Assembly: GCF_003704095.1 (NCBI RefSeq) | Contig: NW_020843882.1 | Coordinates: forward strand, 1-64,000 | Reading direction: 5' to 3' | DNA: 64,000 bases | Source: Pocillopora damicornis | Lineage: Eukaryota | Part shown: piece after piece, positions 22,746-33,400 of the stretch | How the letters are laid out: each line of letters opens with the position of its first letter | How positions within the stretch are numbered: position 1 is the stretch's first letter | Notes under the pieces: model-generated | What the model saw: only the letters and a program-made list of their open reading frames with translations | What the model was told of the DNA's origin: nothing | The model's database searches: none | Program-made: the position numbers and the translations under genes

Positions 22746-24310
22746 GGAAGTGGCCAAGGGCGGCTTAGCTGAGTGGAAATTTTCAAACAGTCGCTGATTG
22801 GTTACCTTATATCTGCTAACTTAAAAACTGCATCTTCTTTGGTTGCAAATTATTCCTTAATCAATAAAATCAACAATCGCGTAATTTGTTCACTGCTAAA
22901 CCGGAAAAGTTCCCAGCTGAGCCGCACGCGATCTTCACTGAATATTTCTGCCTTGTTAGTACCGTATAACATAAAATTTCAAGGCTATAGTTCGCAGTTC
23001 AGTACATGGCTGAAAGTTGCGTTATCAATGGAACGTACGGCACGCCTCAACATCCCTCGAAAAATCTTCTTGATATTGGGGGGTTCCATCATTCCCATTT
23101 ATAAAATCCTTCAGTTCGCTCTAAACATGTCAGCTGAATCGAGATAAGCTCACTTAAAATAGAAACACGTGCATGGTAGAGAGGCATCCGTAACAGCTTC
23201 ATCCGTCGTGACTGAAAGGAAAATGCAAATTATATTTCTTGACAGTCTTAAACTGTTCCACAGGCGAAGAAGACGTTGAAGGCAGCTTCCTTAAGCGAAA
23301 TATATGAAAAGGAAAATTTTACTAAACATCAAAACAAGAGAAAATTAAACGAAGCTGTTAGCCAATTAAACCCATTTCTTTCCCTGAGTGGTAGGAGGAG
23401 ATGAACGAATAACACAAACAAAGACGTCACTGGATTGATGCAGTAAACAGAAAAATGAGGGGAACAACCGAAAAATTTCTAAAGAATAACGCTCCTAAAA
23501 ACAAACAACCACCGGCCATACAGGAATTTACTGGGTAACAGGTGATCGTTTAAACATTCCAACATAACTTTTTGTTACTTTTAATGAAATAAAAGCTATT
23601 TTTCTATTTTCCACGTGTCTCGCTAGAACCTGACTTCTCTTAAGTCATGCCATTAACGATAATGGTCAGAAAAAGTGTTCTCATAATTTCCATTCTTATT
23701 TTTGAAATGTAACGTTTTTCAAAAGGTCTCTTGAACCAAAGAAACCGCTAAAATATTCATTTGTCCAAGCGTGAAAGGAAAGTTTATCGCAAAAAGCGTC
23801 ATCATACCGAAGAATGCGTTACCAATGCCATTGGTCCCTCATGCTGGTGATAAGCGTAATTTAAGTCTCCTGTGCGTAAGACCACGGAAACACAGAATTG
23901 ATGTACGCGATACAGAGCTACTCTCCCATTTTTAATTTACCATTTCTTAGAGTCTTTCTTTTCTGCTCCAGTATCACGCAAGTTTAAAGTATTTTACACT
24001 GACGTTGTGTTTCTCCTCGAAAACTACTGTTTTGCCTTGGTCCTAATTGTAAATATACTTAGAAATCCTTAGTCCTGGCAAATTAATATAATTTCTGGTG
24101 TTGAAAAGCGAAGAGTGTGACACTTGGACCGATTTACGTTTAAATAGAGCAATAAAAACAAACCGCGTTGAAATGTCATATGTTCAAATTAAATATATTC
24201 AAAATGCGCATATAAAGTTCAAGCACATTCATATGTCTAACTACTCGTTAAAACCTGTTTTTTCAACGCGGTATCGAGAGTTTATTTTAAGCTATCGAGA
24301 AGAAGTATCT

Positions 24311-27300
24311 TCAAACAGGTTTAACATAATCGTTCTTTCTTCTCTGTGACTGACCACTCATGCTCGATGATCGTGACATCATCTTGCTGTTGCTCATGCA
24401 GCCGAGACACTTATTTTCCAGGTCCCAGAAGCACGTTCGGCAGTAATAGACGCCACAGTCCTCGGTGTCACAGTGCAGGTACTTCCTGTTAAGTCCAGTG
24501 CCACATACAGAACATCTTTGAATACTGACTCCAACAAACTCGAACAAAGTTTTAATCCAGCTGAAATTATTACACAGAACCAGTACTGCGTCCAACCGGT
24601 TGAGTGTTTCATTTTCTTCAGAGAAGTTGTTCATCTTTTCAATGACAGATTTGTAAAACATCTTGCGTTCTTCAAGCAGTTTGTAGTACAGGTAAGCAAT
24701 GCGTTTTCTCTCCCGTCTGGGGTAAAAACGCGACGCAATCAAACGGCGAAGCCGAAGAATAAATGCTTGGAGAAGGATTATCAAGAGCAGAACTCCTAGA
24801 AGAGTTGACAAGATGATGACGTAAGACTCGTTCAGCCTCTTGAGTTTCCCAGCGCACCTACTGGGAATATTGGACAGCGGTTCCTCTCGAGTGATAACAA
24901 GATAAAAGTAATGATCTAATAGAATGATCATAAGAGCAAAAATTAAATAAACGAAGTAAAACAGCAAGTATTTCAGCATGCTTCCTTTCTCGCTCTTAGC
25001 CAGTTGGCAGCCAGTTGGTTGAACGAATTTCTGTAGCTCGGCTTTTTTCAGCGGAACCAGTAAGTCAACGGCTCCGCTCGACTTGCGCATGTCCTCGATT
25101 GACTTGAAGCGAAGCGTGAGGTAGTGATTGTCGAACTCATTGCAAGAAAGATACCACTTGTGATAACTGTATGCTTCGTACAATACAAGTAAAACCAATA
25201 AAGGCAACAAGAAAGTTATGATATGGACAAAGTCACAAGGCTCCCCTGCTGCGATAATAGTGTTATTTTTGTCCGTGATAATATCTTCTGTTGCCATCCG
25301 CCCAGGGAAACGTCCAATTATTTTATCAATTTGCGATAACTTGTGATAACTCGCGCTGCTGATGTCTTTGCACGTTTCTTTAATCCGGTCGTCTGTGAGG
25401 TGATCACAAGCGTTCCTAGGCGTAAGAAATTCACAGTTTGGTGGTTTGTTTAGTTTCGTACATTGGCTGTACATGTTATCGATCTCAGAGGAGCAGATGT
25501 TGAATGTGCGCCTCAGAGTACTTATGCAAATTAGTTCAGATGAATTGTTATCTGCAGCATCAGCTGATGACAACAGGGAATAATTCATGTATTTTTGCAG
25601 TTCGTGTGAAATGTTTTCGTACATTACCAAACGTTGTACAACAGCACGATTATTTTTATCAACTAGAACAAGTCTGGCTGAGTTACCACTGCTATTGTTT
25701 GCTAACTGTCCAGTGTCCATTAGGCAAGCTCTATGAAGGGTGACCAAGCGTACATTCTCAATAAAATTGCACATTGGACCAGAAAGGGCAAAAAATGTGA
25801 TCAGCAACCAGACAGAAATTTTCCCTCCACATGCAAATAAGCTTGGGAAAACCAGTAAGGCGATGCATTGAAGACGCGTCTTATCGAGAAATCCGAAAAT
25901 TGTTCCCACAACAAAACCAACTATAAGAGCGGAAACGATGCTTGTGACAACGTGCAAATGAGCCAGGAGAAACAATGTCAAAAATATGAACACACCCAGA
26001 AGTAATCCTAAAAATATGCCGAGTAAAATTCGTAACTTCGGTCGCCTTTTTGGCGCAAGTAGTTTTTCTTTGGTCTCCTTTGCTACAAGTCCTGCATCCT
26101 TGATGTTCTCCGTAGAGCGCTTGCCTTCTGTATCTATGCTCTCATACGAAGCCATTCTGTTCTTCATATGCTCTTTGGTCTTCCTGATTACGGATGATGT
26201 TGGCTTCAGAGTTGTTGAACCACCTTTTGATTTCTTATTTTTGTCTTTCGGTTTCTCGGCCGTTGTTTCATCTTTCCCTCGCTTCTTCGTTGAAGGCGAC
26301 GATGGTGGTGTTTTGTAATGCATCGGTGTATCGTAGATATGTGGTTCGTTACACTCTACACAGCCTTGATCGTTTGATCGGGCAGGTTTAGGTGGTAAAG
26401 CCACGTTGGGGACTTGATAAATACTCGCTTCGTCCTTCGACAGTGGGTTCTCTTGAATATTAACTGCAGCGCCCCCAGCAGCGCGTTTGTTGGTCACGTT
26501 TGATTGATTTTTCTCGCCAGATTTCTTCGCGTTTTCTATCGGGTTAATTTTAACCGGCTGGCTTTGTGCTGGTCTAGTCTCTTCCTTCGGTTTACTATTC
26601 TTGACCGTCTCTTTCAGTTGGGGTTTTGTCTCCTTACTTTTTTCTATGGGTTCGTAGTTTCCGTCCTCGTTGTAATCTTTATTCGGCGTGGGCTTAGATC
26701 GCAGAGAATCCTTCGCAGAAGCTGCTGTCGGTTGATTTTTCGTGTCCACTCGTGGGGCCGCTTTCGTTTCTGTGGACTTTAAACTGTCACCACTCTTATT
26801 TAAATTCAATCTGAAAGGCCTTCCAATCGCTTTAAGCGGTTCTTTTTCTGTTTCAGTCGCACTGGACTCTGGTTTCTGTTTCTGAAGTGTCTGGAGTGAT
26901 CTAGGAACAAACTTTGGCTCCTGTTTATTATCTTTCATTAGATTTCCGGTTTTCGAAACGTCTCGCTTCGCTGGCTTCTCATCATCGTTACAATAATTTC
27001 CATCTACAGAATCTTCTACAACTCCTGAGTCCCCCGAAGTTTCCTTTCGTTCCTCTTTCTCTTGTGGTTGTTTCATGTTTCCGGCAAATGGTTTCGGGTA
27101 AAGCGGCGTTTTTCTAACTGAAGGCGTAGTTGTTCTATTTTGAAGCCACGCGGGTTTCTTGTCATCTTTTGCAGCAGGTTTTTCCTCGCTATTAGTATCT
27201 GTATCAGGACTTCCTGAACCGCTCCCTTTTTTATTATTTCCAGTCAGTTTTGCCGCACAGCTCTCAGGAAATTTTCCTGTTTTTCCACTGTTCAAATTTT

Positions 27301-27448
27301 TGCCATACATCCATCCGTCTCCTCTTTTACGAACATCGAAAATAATATCACCTTTCTCAACTGCCATCGGCGAGTCTTTGCCACCAAACCTGGCTTCCTT
27401 AGCATCGGGAGTAAAATCTTGAGTTATTTTAAGATATAAGCCGTCCAT
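24311..27448 (-). CDS. SH3 domain + DC-STAMP/DCST (Sneaky/SPE-42)-like multipass membrane protein with C-terminal RING-like Cys cluster, single exon, 1045 aa
   Basis: N-terminal SH3 (QDFTP...VEKGDII...DGWMYG...GKTGKFPESC), a ~400-aa K/E/S/P-rich linker and TM helices. DC-STAMP signatures FDNHYLT.RF...LVPLKKAE and RLRRLIASRFYPRRERKRIAYLY. C-terminal CSVC...C...C...YCRTC...CLGC. Confidence 0.88.
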   Translation of the reverse strand: MDGLYLKITQDFTPDAKEARFGGKDSPMAVEKGDIIFDVRKRGDGWMYGKNLNSGKTGKFPESCAAKLTGNNKKGSGSGSPDTDTNSEEKPAAKDDKKPAWLQNRTTTPSVRKTPLYPKPFAGNMKQPQEKEERKETSGDSGVVEDSVDGNYCNDDEKPAKRDVSKTGNLMKDNKQEPKFVPRSLQTLQKQKPESSATETEKEPLKAIGRPFRLNLNKSGDSLKSTETKAAPRVDTKNQPTAASAKDSLRSKPTPNKDYNEDGNYEPIEKSKETKPQLKETVKNSKPKEETRPAQSQPVKINPIENAKKSGEKNQSNVTNKRAAGGAAVNIQENPLSKDEASIYQVPNVALPPKPARSNDQGCVECNEPHIYDTPMHYKTPPSSPSTKKRGKDETTAEKPKDKNKKSKGGSTTLKPTSSVIRKTKEHMKNRMASYESIDTEGKRSTENIKDAGLVAKETKEKLLAPKRRPKLRILLGIFLGLLLGVFIFLTLFLLAHLHVVTSIVSALIVGFVVGTIFGFLDKTRLQCIALLVFPSLFACGGKISVWLLITFFALSGPMCNFIENVRLVTLHRACLMDTGQLANNSSGNSARLVLVDKNNRAVVQRLVMYENISHELQKYMNYSLLSSADAADNNSSELICISTLRRTFNICSSEIDNMYSQCTKLNKPPNCEFLTPRNACDHLTDDRIKETCKDISSASYHKLSQIDKIIGRFPGRMATEDIITDKNNTIIAAGEPCDFVHIITFLLPLLVLLVLYEAYSYHKWYLSCNEFDNHYLTLRFKSIEDMRKSSGAVDLLVPLKKAELQKFVQPTGCQLAKSEKGSMLKYLLFYFVYLIFALMIILLDHYFYLVITREEPLSNIPSRCAGKLKRLNESYVIILSTLLGVLLLIILLQAFILRLRRLIASRFYPRRERKRIAYLYYKLLEERKMFYKSVIEKMNNFSEENETLNRLDAVLVLCNNFSWIKTLFEFVGVSIQRCSVCGTGLNRKYLHCDTEDCGVYYCRTCFWDLENKCLGCMSNSKMMSRSSSMSGQSQRRKNDYVKPV

Positions 27449-30441
27449 GATGTCTAGAATTTTGATGACAGAGAATTAAAAACGATTTATTTCACGAACG
27501 TCGCTGGGTTCTCATTTCGCTCGCTTGTTTGAATTTGAATCCACTAAACAAAAGAGTTGGAAGTGTTGTTTTCATATCGAATCACATGACCGGTTTTCCA
27601 GCTGACTTCACTCACGCCACATCTTATTGGTTCTGCTTGATCGCTTGTAAAACACTTGATCTTTAGCTTTCATAAATCACTCAGCTATGGATCTGTTCTG
27701 CCAATGGATGATAAATAAGGCATGCCACTTTTAAAAACAATAAATAAACGATATCATTAATTAAAAGCATTTGACACTCAGTGTCATGTTGCCAATTTCC
27801 TCTGCAAAAAAGGTTGAAAATTCTAATCGCAATGTGCCGCAATTTGCCAAAAGCTGTGGGTATGTTTTGGTCTGTTTTGGTCTGTTTAATATGATTTTTG
27901 GCTACCGGCATGCATATTCATATTTGATTGCAGCAAAGTCGAATCACCTGCGATGCAACTTGTACGGAATGTCAATATTCACCCACTGACTCGGATATCA
28001 AGGCACAAGTATTGGAAACGAGTTTTAAACGTCAATTCTAAAATTAGCGACATATGGTTCAGAACACAAGAAATTGTTACATTATTCAGTGTGCCTATCC
28101 ATGTGGAAATTTAGGGCTCCCAACAAACTGGGGTTGTCCATTTGTTTCAATTTTTAAATCATAATATATCATTTCAAAATTTGCTCCAGGGAAGTAATAT
28201 CACAAAGTCTCAAGGAAGCAATATTTCTTACCAAAGTGACTACGTGACACCATACGAAAGCTTTGACTCTAATGAGAATTGCCTATAAAACTGAGAAAAT
28301 CAGCATGTGTATGAACAAGTATGATTTTCATTAAAAAAATTGACTTAAAACTAACTCTAAGTACCACAATAAACTTTTATTTTACTCTCGGATTAAGGCT
28401 AGTCAAAATAAAGTCATAATTGAATATCCACATGATGAAATTCTTGAATCTGCTTGAATGAACAACATTACGCCAAACTGATAAAACTGATGACTCACAA
28501 CTCACTATTAAAACCACAAATTTAGAACACAAAAAAACTAGAGTATATATCCATATAGAATCGATTTAAATGTCTTTGTGTTTGAGCCAACGATGAAGTG
28601 TGGTAGTGTCTTTGCTTTTGAAAGGGCACTCTGTGGCAATTTAAAATAATTTCATTATATTTTCAAAATTATAGAGAATGTCAATTAGATTGGCTGAAAT
28701 AAAACATCAATGCTTGGAAACAGAGACCAAAATAGTTTGGAAAATGATTGAGAATTAAGCTTTAATTTATTGTTGTGAAAATCTGAAAGGTTTGATCAAA
28801 TATCTAAGCCAAATCAGCACCAGTGATGAACTCCAAAATCAAATAAAAATTCTTGATCCACAGTTCGCAAAATATATTTGCTTAACTCTTACTAGCTCAG
28901 ATTGCTCAACATACACTCCCTTAGGGAATGAAAAGTTACACAATCCTGAAGGTGATGACTTTTGTACATAATTTTTGCATGAAACCTCTTCTCAGGACAG
29001 GCATTCTCATTTAAGTACAACTTAAGTTCCAGTGTGAAGATTGTGTTTCTTTGAAAATGAACCTCTGAAGGCTACTTCCTGAATTGATAATTGTTTCAAA
29101 TTTACAAATTATTTTTTTCTCTTTTTTTAAACTGGATAATTCTGACATTACTGATCCACACAGCACATCATTATGGAATGCCCTACTCTGTTTAAACTCT
29201 ATACGTGATTTCACACACATACACAAGCCAAGCTACCTCAAGAGGAGGAGCATCTGACTTCAATGCCTGAAAGTTCTACCACTTAATTATGTTATTTCAC
29301 AAATAATTCACCCCTAAGCATTGTTAACTTTTAAGTCTTTTCACCTTCTTCATATCAAAGGCAATGAGAGTGGGGAGGGAGGGAGGGAAAGGGGTTCATC
29401 ACTAAGACAGAGAGTTCTTGAAAATTTCCAAAATCCCATTTATCCATGAATATTGACAGGCAAGAAAAAAAAGACTAGTCTTCGTCTATTCCTGTTGTTA
29501 AGATTATTTAGCTACATATTTTACTTTGCAATTCCATTCAGTTCTGAGACATATCTAACAATTTTCAGTAAGAATTAACTAGAAAACTGATCCTTTGCTT
29601 TACAGAGGCTATATGCATCAGGCAGGTAGGTACCTGATTTATGACAACATCATCACACTGAACTACTAGGGACAATAGAAATGCTTCACCAGTACGTAAA
29701 ATTTCGAAAATTCGCTGATTTATACCAGGGAGTGTGGTTATCGAAGAATAAAATAAATAAATTAAAAAAAAACTATTTTATTTCCAAGTAAATTCATTTT
29801 GTCTTTAGATCAAATAATTTTGACACGAGAGAATCCAAAGCCCTCGAAAAGAACGGTTTTTGGAACACAAGGATTCCTTAAACTACGGTGTATAGTCATT
29901 TTATGTTAAAATACATCAAAAGAGTGAATCCTTCGGTCAATAATGATTAAGCTTCTCTCAAGCTTTTGTTTATCTTGCAGATTTTTCCCTGGTTTTACGT
30001 CTAAAGCGAAATAAAGCATCAACGATCAAGACCTTCCCTCTTACTACTGAAAATACACAGCCCTTATAAAAAAATTGGAAGAACAGAGTAGGGAAGGCTT
30101 GGTAAAATTATGAACACCGAGGAAATACATGTGGAAGCCACGCGACATAGGATTACAGGCGATTCGAGTTGCCAGGCAAAAATAACATTATGGAATGATC
30201 AAAGACTCTATTTTTAAGATTGGATCGTAGAAAACGTTACAAGCCTTAAATAGACAAGTATAATCAAAGATATGTCGAAAAGTCTTACCTCCAGCGCGGA
30301 AAATGTTTGACGCCCATCGAGAGACACAGCTGTTGTTTCACTATGTTGTTGCATGCACCTGCATAGCAAGAGCCCGCGAGTCGAAATCAGCGCTAACATG
30401 GGAGGACATGTGAAATAGTTGAAGTCTGTATTTTTTTCAAG

Positions 30442-33400
30442 ATGGCGTCTGGACTTGCCGTAGACATCGCGATTGAAAGTCTGCTTGAGAGTGAAGTGGA
30501 AGAGATCTCTAGGGATGGACAAGAAAAATATGTACCGTAAGTGCTGTTCGTTAGAATTTCAGAATTCAAATTTGGCTCTCTGATTCTGATTTGACAAGAT
30601 TTCCACAGACAATAGGCCGTCAGAAAGCTTTGAAAGTACAACATTTTTTCCTGCAATAATTTTGTATACATTTAAAAACCTTTTTGAGGTATCAAAACGA
30701 TATTCTTGAAGGGGGTATCTAACTATTATGATCATTCAACTCTCAGATTGATATAGCAATACACATCGTTCGAGTCATTTTAGGAGAGAAGATGTTTAGA
30801 ACTTGTTGATGTGGAGAGTAAGGATTGGGAAATAAATTAATTACTGCTCACATGGATGTGTTAACACTTACAGGCAGCTATCCATGTCAGAGAAGCTGGC
30901 CAAACTAGCGCACAAGATAGACTTTTTATCAGATGTAAAGGGGCACAAAGAGGATGTAGACAAAGAAGATGATGAAAAATCATTGGTAACATTTCAACCT
31001 TCTCTGTGGCCGTGGGATTCTGTTAGGGAAAACTTGAGGTAAATATTTTTTCAAATATATGTTTACCATTCTACTCCAAATATCTAATATATAGGGTATT
31101 AAATTCTCTATCTGTTCTATATTTACCTGTAAATTATTTATAGAGTTAGGAGTTGAGTCAAGATAATGCATTCCAACCAATAAGTTGGACTGCTATTATC
31201 ATAAGATTGCTGAATGACATTTGAGAACAGTGAAGAGAAGTTGCATTTTAATCACTTTTGTGGAGGGATTGGACTACAACCTCTATCGGGAAAAATTCTT
31301 AAGACACTCTTGATAATTGAAATATTTAATGGAAAAATTATGCAAATGATTGGTTTCTCAACAGGAAGTCCTTAACTGAAGTCTGTGTATTATCTGATGT
31401 TCTGAATGTGGTGCGAGACAAGAAATATTTAGTATTGGACCCAGTCTCACAAAACCAAGCCACTCCTAAGCCAACTTTGTCTTTGATCACTAAAAAGAAG
31501 GTTAGAAAATGGAATTTACTCAGAAAATGTCTCTGGAACTGAATTTTAATCATCTTATGAGTGGATCTTGGACCTTTAACTTTGGAGAAACCAGCCAGAG
31601 TAGTTAAAATTATTTTGTTGGTTAGATCGCAGGCATTTACTCACATGTATACCTATAAAAGACAAGAACAAGGCCTAAATTCAAGTTTTTTCAAGATTTG
31701 AATGTCACTTTTGTGTAATTTTGTGTGAGCATGTTCTTGTAGTGTTTTCAAGTTTCTTTAATTGAACAGCTAGCTCTTCTTGCTTGTGTTGGTGTCGTTA
31801 AGTGTAGTTTATGAATGGTTTCAAGTTCAAACAATTTCCTACTATAGCTGCTGTACTTTTATTTGTGTTTTCCTCTATTTCAGAGATACATGGTGTATGT
31901 TATTGTTCTTAAAACTAAGAGAAAAAAAGAAACAAATTTGACCAGTTTTCATAATTTTAGCCTAAAAGTAATTTTAAATGTCAATATAGATATGCATTGC
32001 TTGACATATAAGACTCTTTGTCAAAGGAATGATCAACAATTGTCTAATTTGTTCAGGGTCTTTGTAATGCTGCTGATATTCTGCTACGAGGAGCTCAGAG
32101 AATGGAAGATGCAGTCAAAGAAAGAGCTGATAATACATCAAGGCACCTAGGGAGCAACGCAAAAGATTTCCATTCTGAACTTATGATGCTTAGAAAGAGG
32201 TGGAGGTTAAAAAGAACAGGCACTTCTATAATGGGGGATTTGACATATCGCTCAGGTTAAAAAATCAAAGAATGCGTACTTCTGTGTTTACATAGTAATT
32301 TGTAGACAAATACCACTTCATTATTTGTAAGCAGTGTTAACCCTCTTAATCACCCTCAGGAGGGATCAGCACTTGTGTTCTCTGTATTATTTTAATACAC
32401 AGTTTACTAAACAGCCAATGAGAAGGAGGTCAAAGAGGTGAAATCAAAGATTAATATTTGCAATAAAGACTTGGGTGTTTCTTTTCATAGCTGGCTCACA
32501 GTTCAGAAATCCAGGATTGTTTGAGGTTAACAAAGCTACAATAGCTGAAGATAAAACAGAACAATCCACCCCAGACAATAGAGCTTTGGAGGTGACTGTT
32601 GGAAGTGATTTGGAAGGAGCAGCAGAAATCAGAGTGGCTATTGTGGAGTCTGGAAAAGATCTACAGATTGCATCTGTTAGAGGTAATACTTTGTTTGGTT
32701 TAGGCAATGTATAATTAGTTATTTTTACTTTGGCTGTTTCACTTCTGTAATAATAGTTAACTGTAAATATATGAAAATCATATATTTGAACTGTGGATAA
32801 AGAAATGATTATTGAAGTGATCTTCACAGTAATGAATACTACTTAAGCAACAGTGAAAAGAAAGCCTGAAAAAAATTCAGGCCAGTATGGAATTTGAACC
32901 CATGACCTTTGTAATACTGGTGCAGTGCTCTAACAACTGAGCTAACAAGCCCAAGAGAGCTGGTCATTATGTTGATTCTGAATAAACTGTGAAATGATGA
33001 ATAAATACCGCTAACCGACTAAGTGTACTGGAGTGGTATTGCAGGTGTATTTGGAACCAAAATATGAGGTGCATAACACTGAGTTTGCTATTACTAATCC
33101 CATATCTCACAAGTGCCAATAGGATAATTGTTTTTTAAAATTTAATTGAATCTTGAATACTTGTGTATTTGGAGCCTTTTTTCAGCTCAGCAACAGTTTG
33201 TGTAATGCATAATTTCCATATAAGGTGACTTGGAATATGAGCTGATAACCGCAGTTGAGTGATCCCATTCTAGAAAGCAAAATTGGGATTTAAAAATTTA
33301 ATGAATATGCACACGAGTCTTGAGCAATGTAACATCATAGTCTCTTGCATGATGCAGCATACTCCTTTTCAGCTGGTAACCCATAAAATTTACTGCCTGT

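Noticed and set aside
22773-23220. 124-aa ORF and coding-like minus-strand stretch
   Set aside because: Non-ATG start, no recognisable domain and no supportable exon chain.
24394-27422. Numerous short overlapping or antisense ORFs within the SH3-DCST gene (similarly 21162-21365, 14048-14311, 18341-18631, 57001-57333)
   Set aside because: Shadow ORFs of real coding sequence with no independent motifs.
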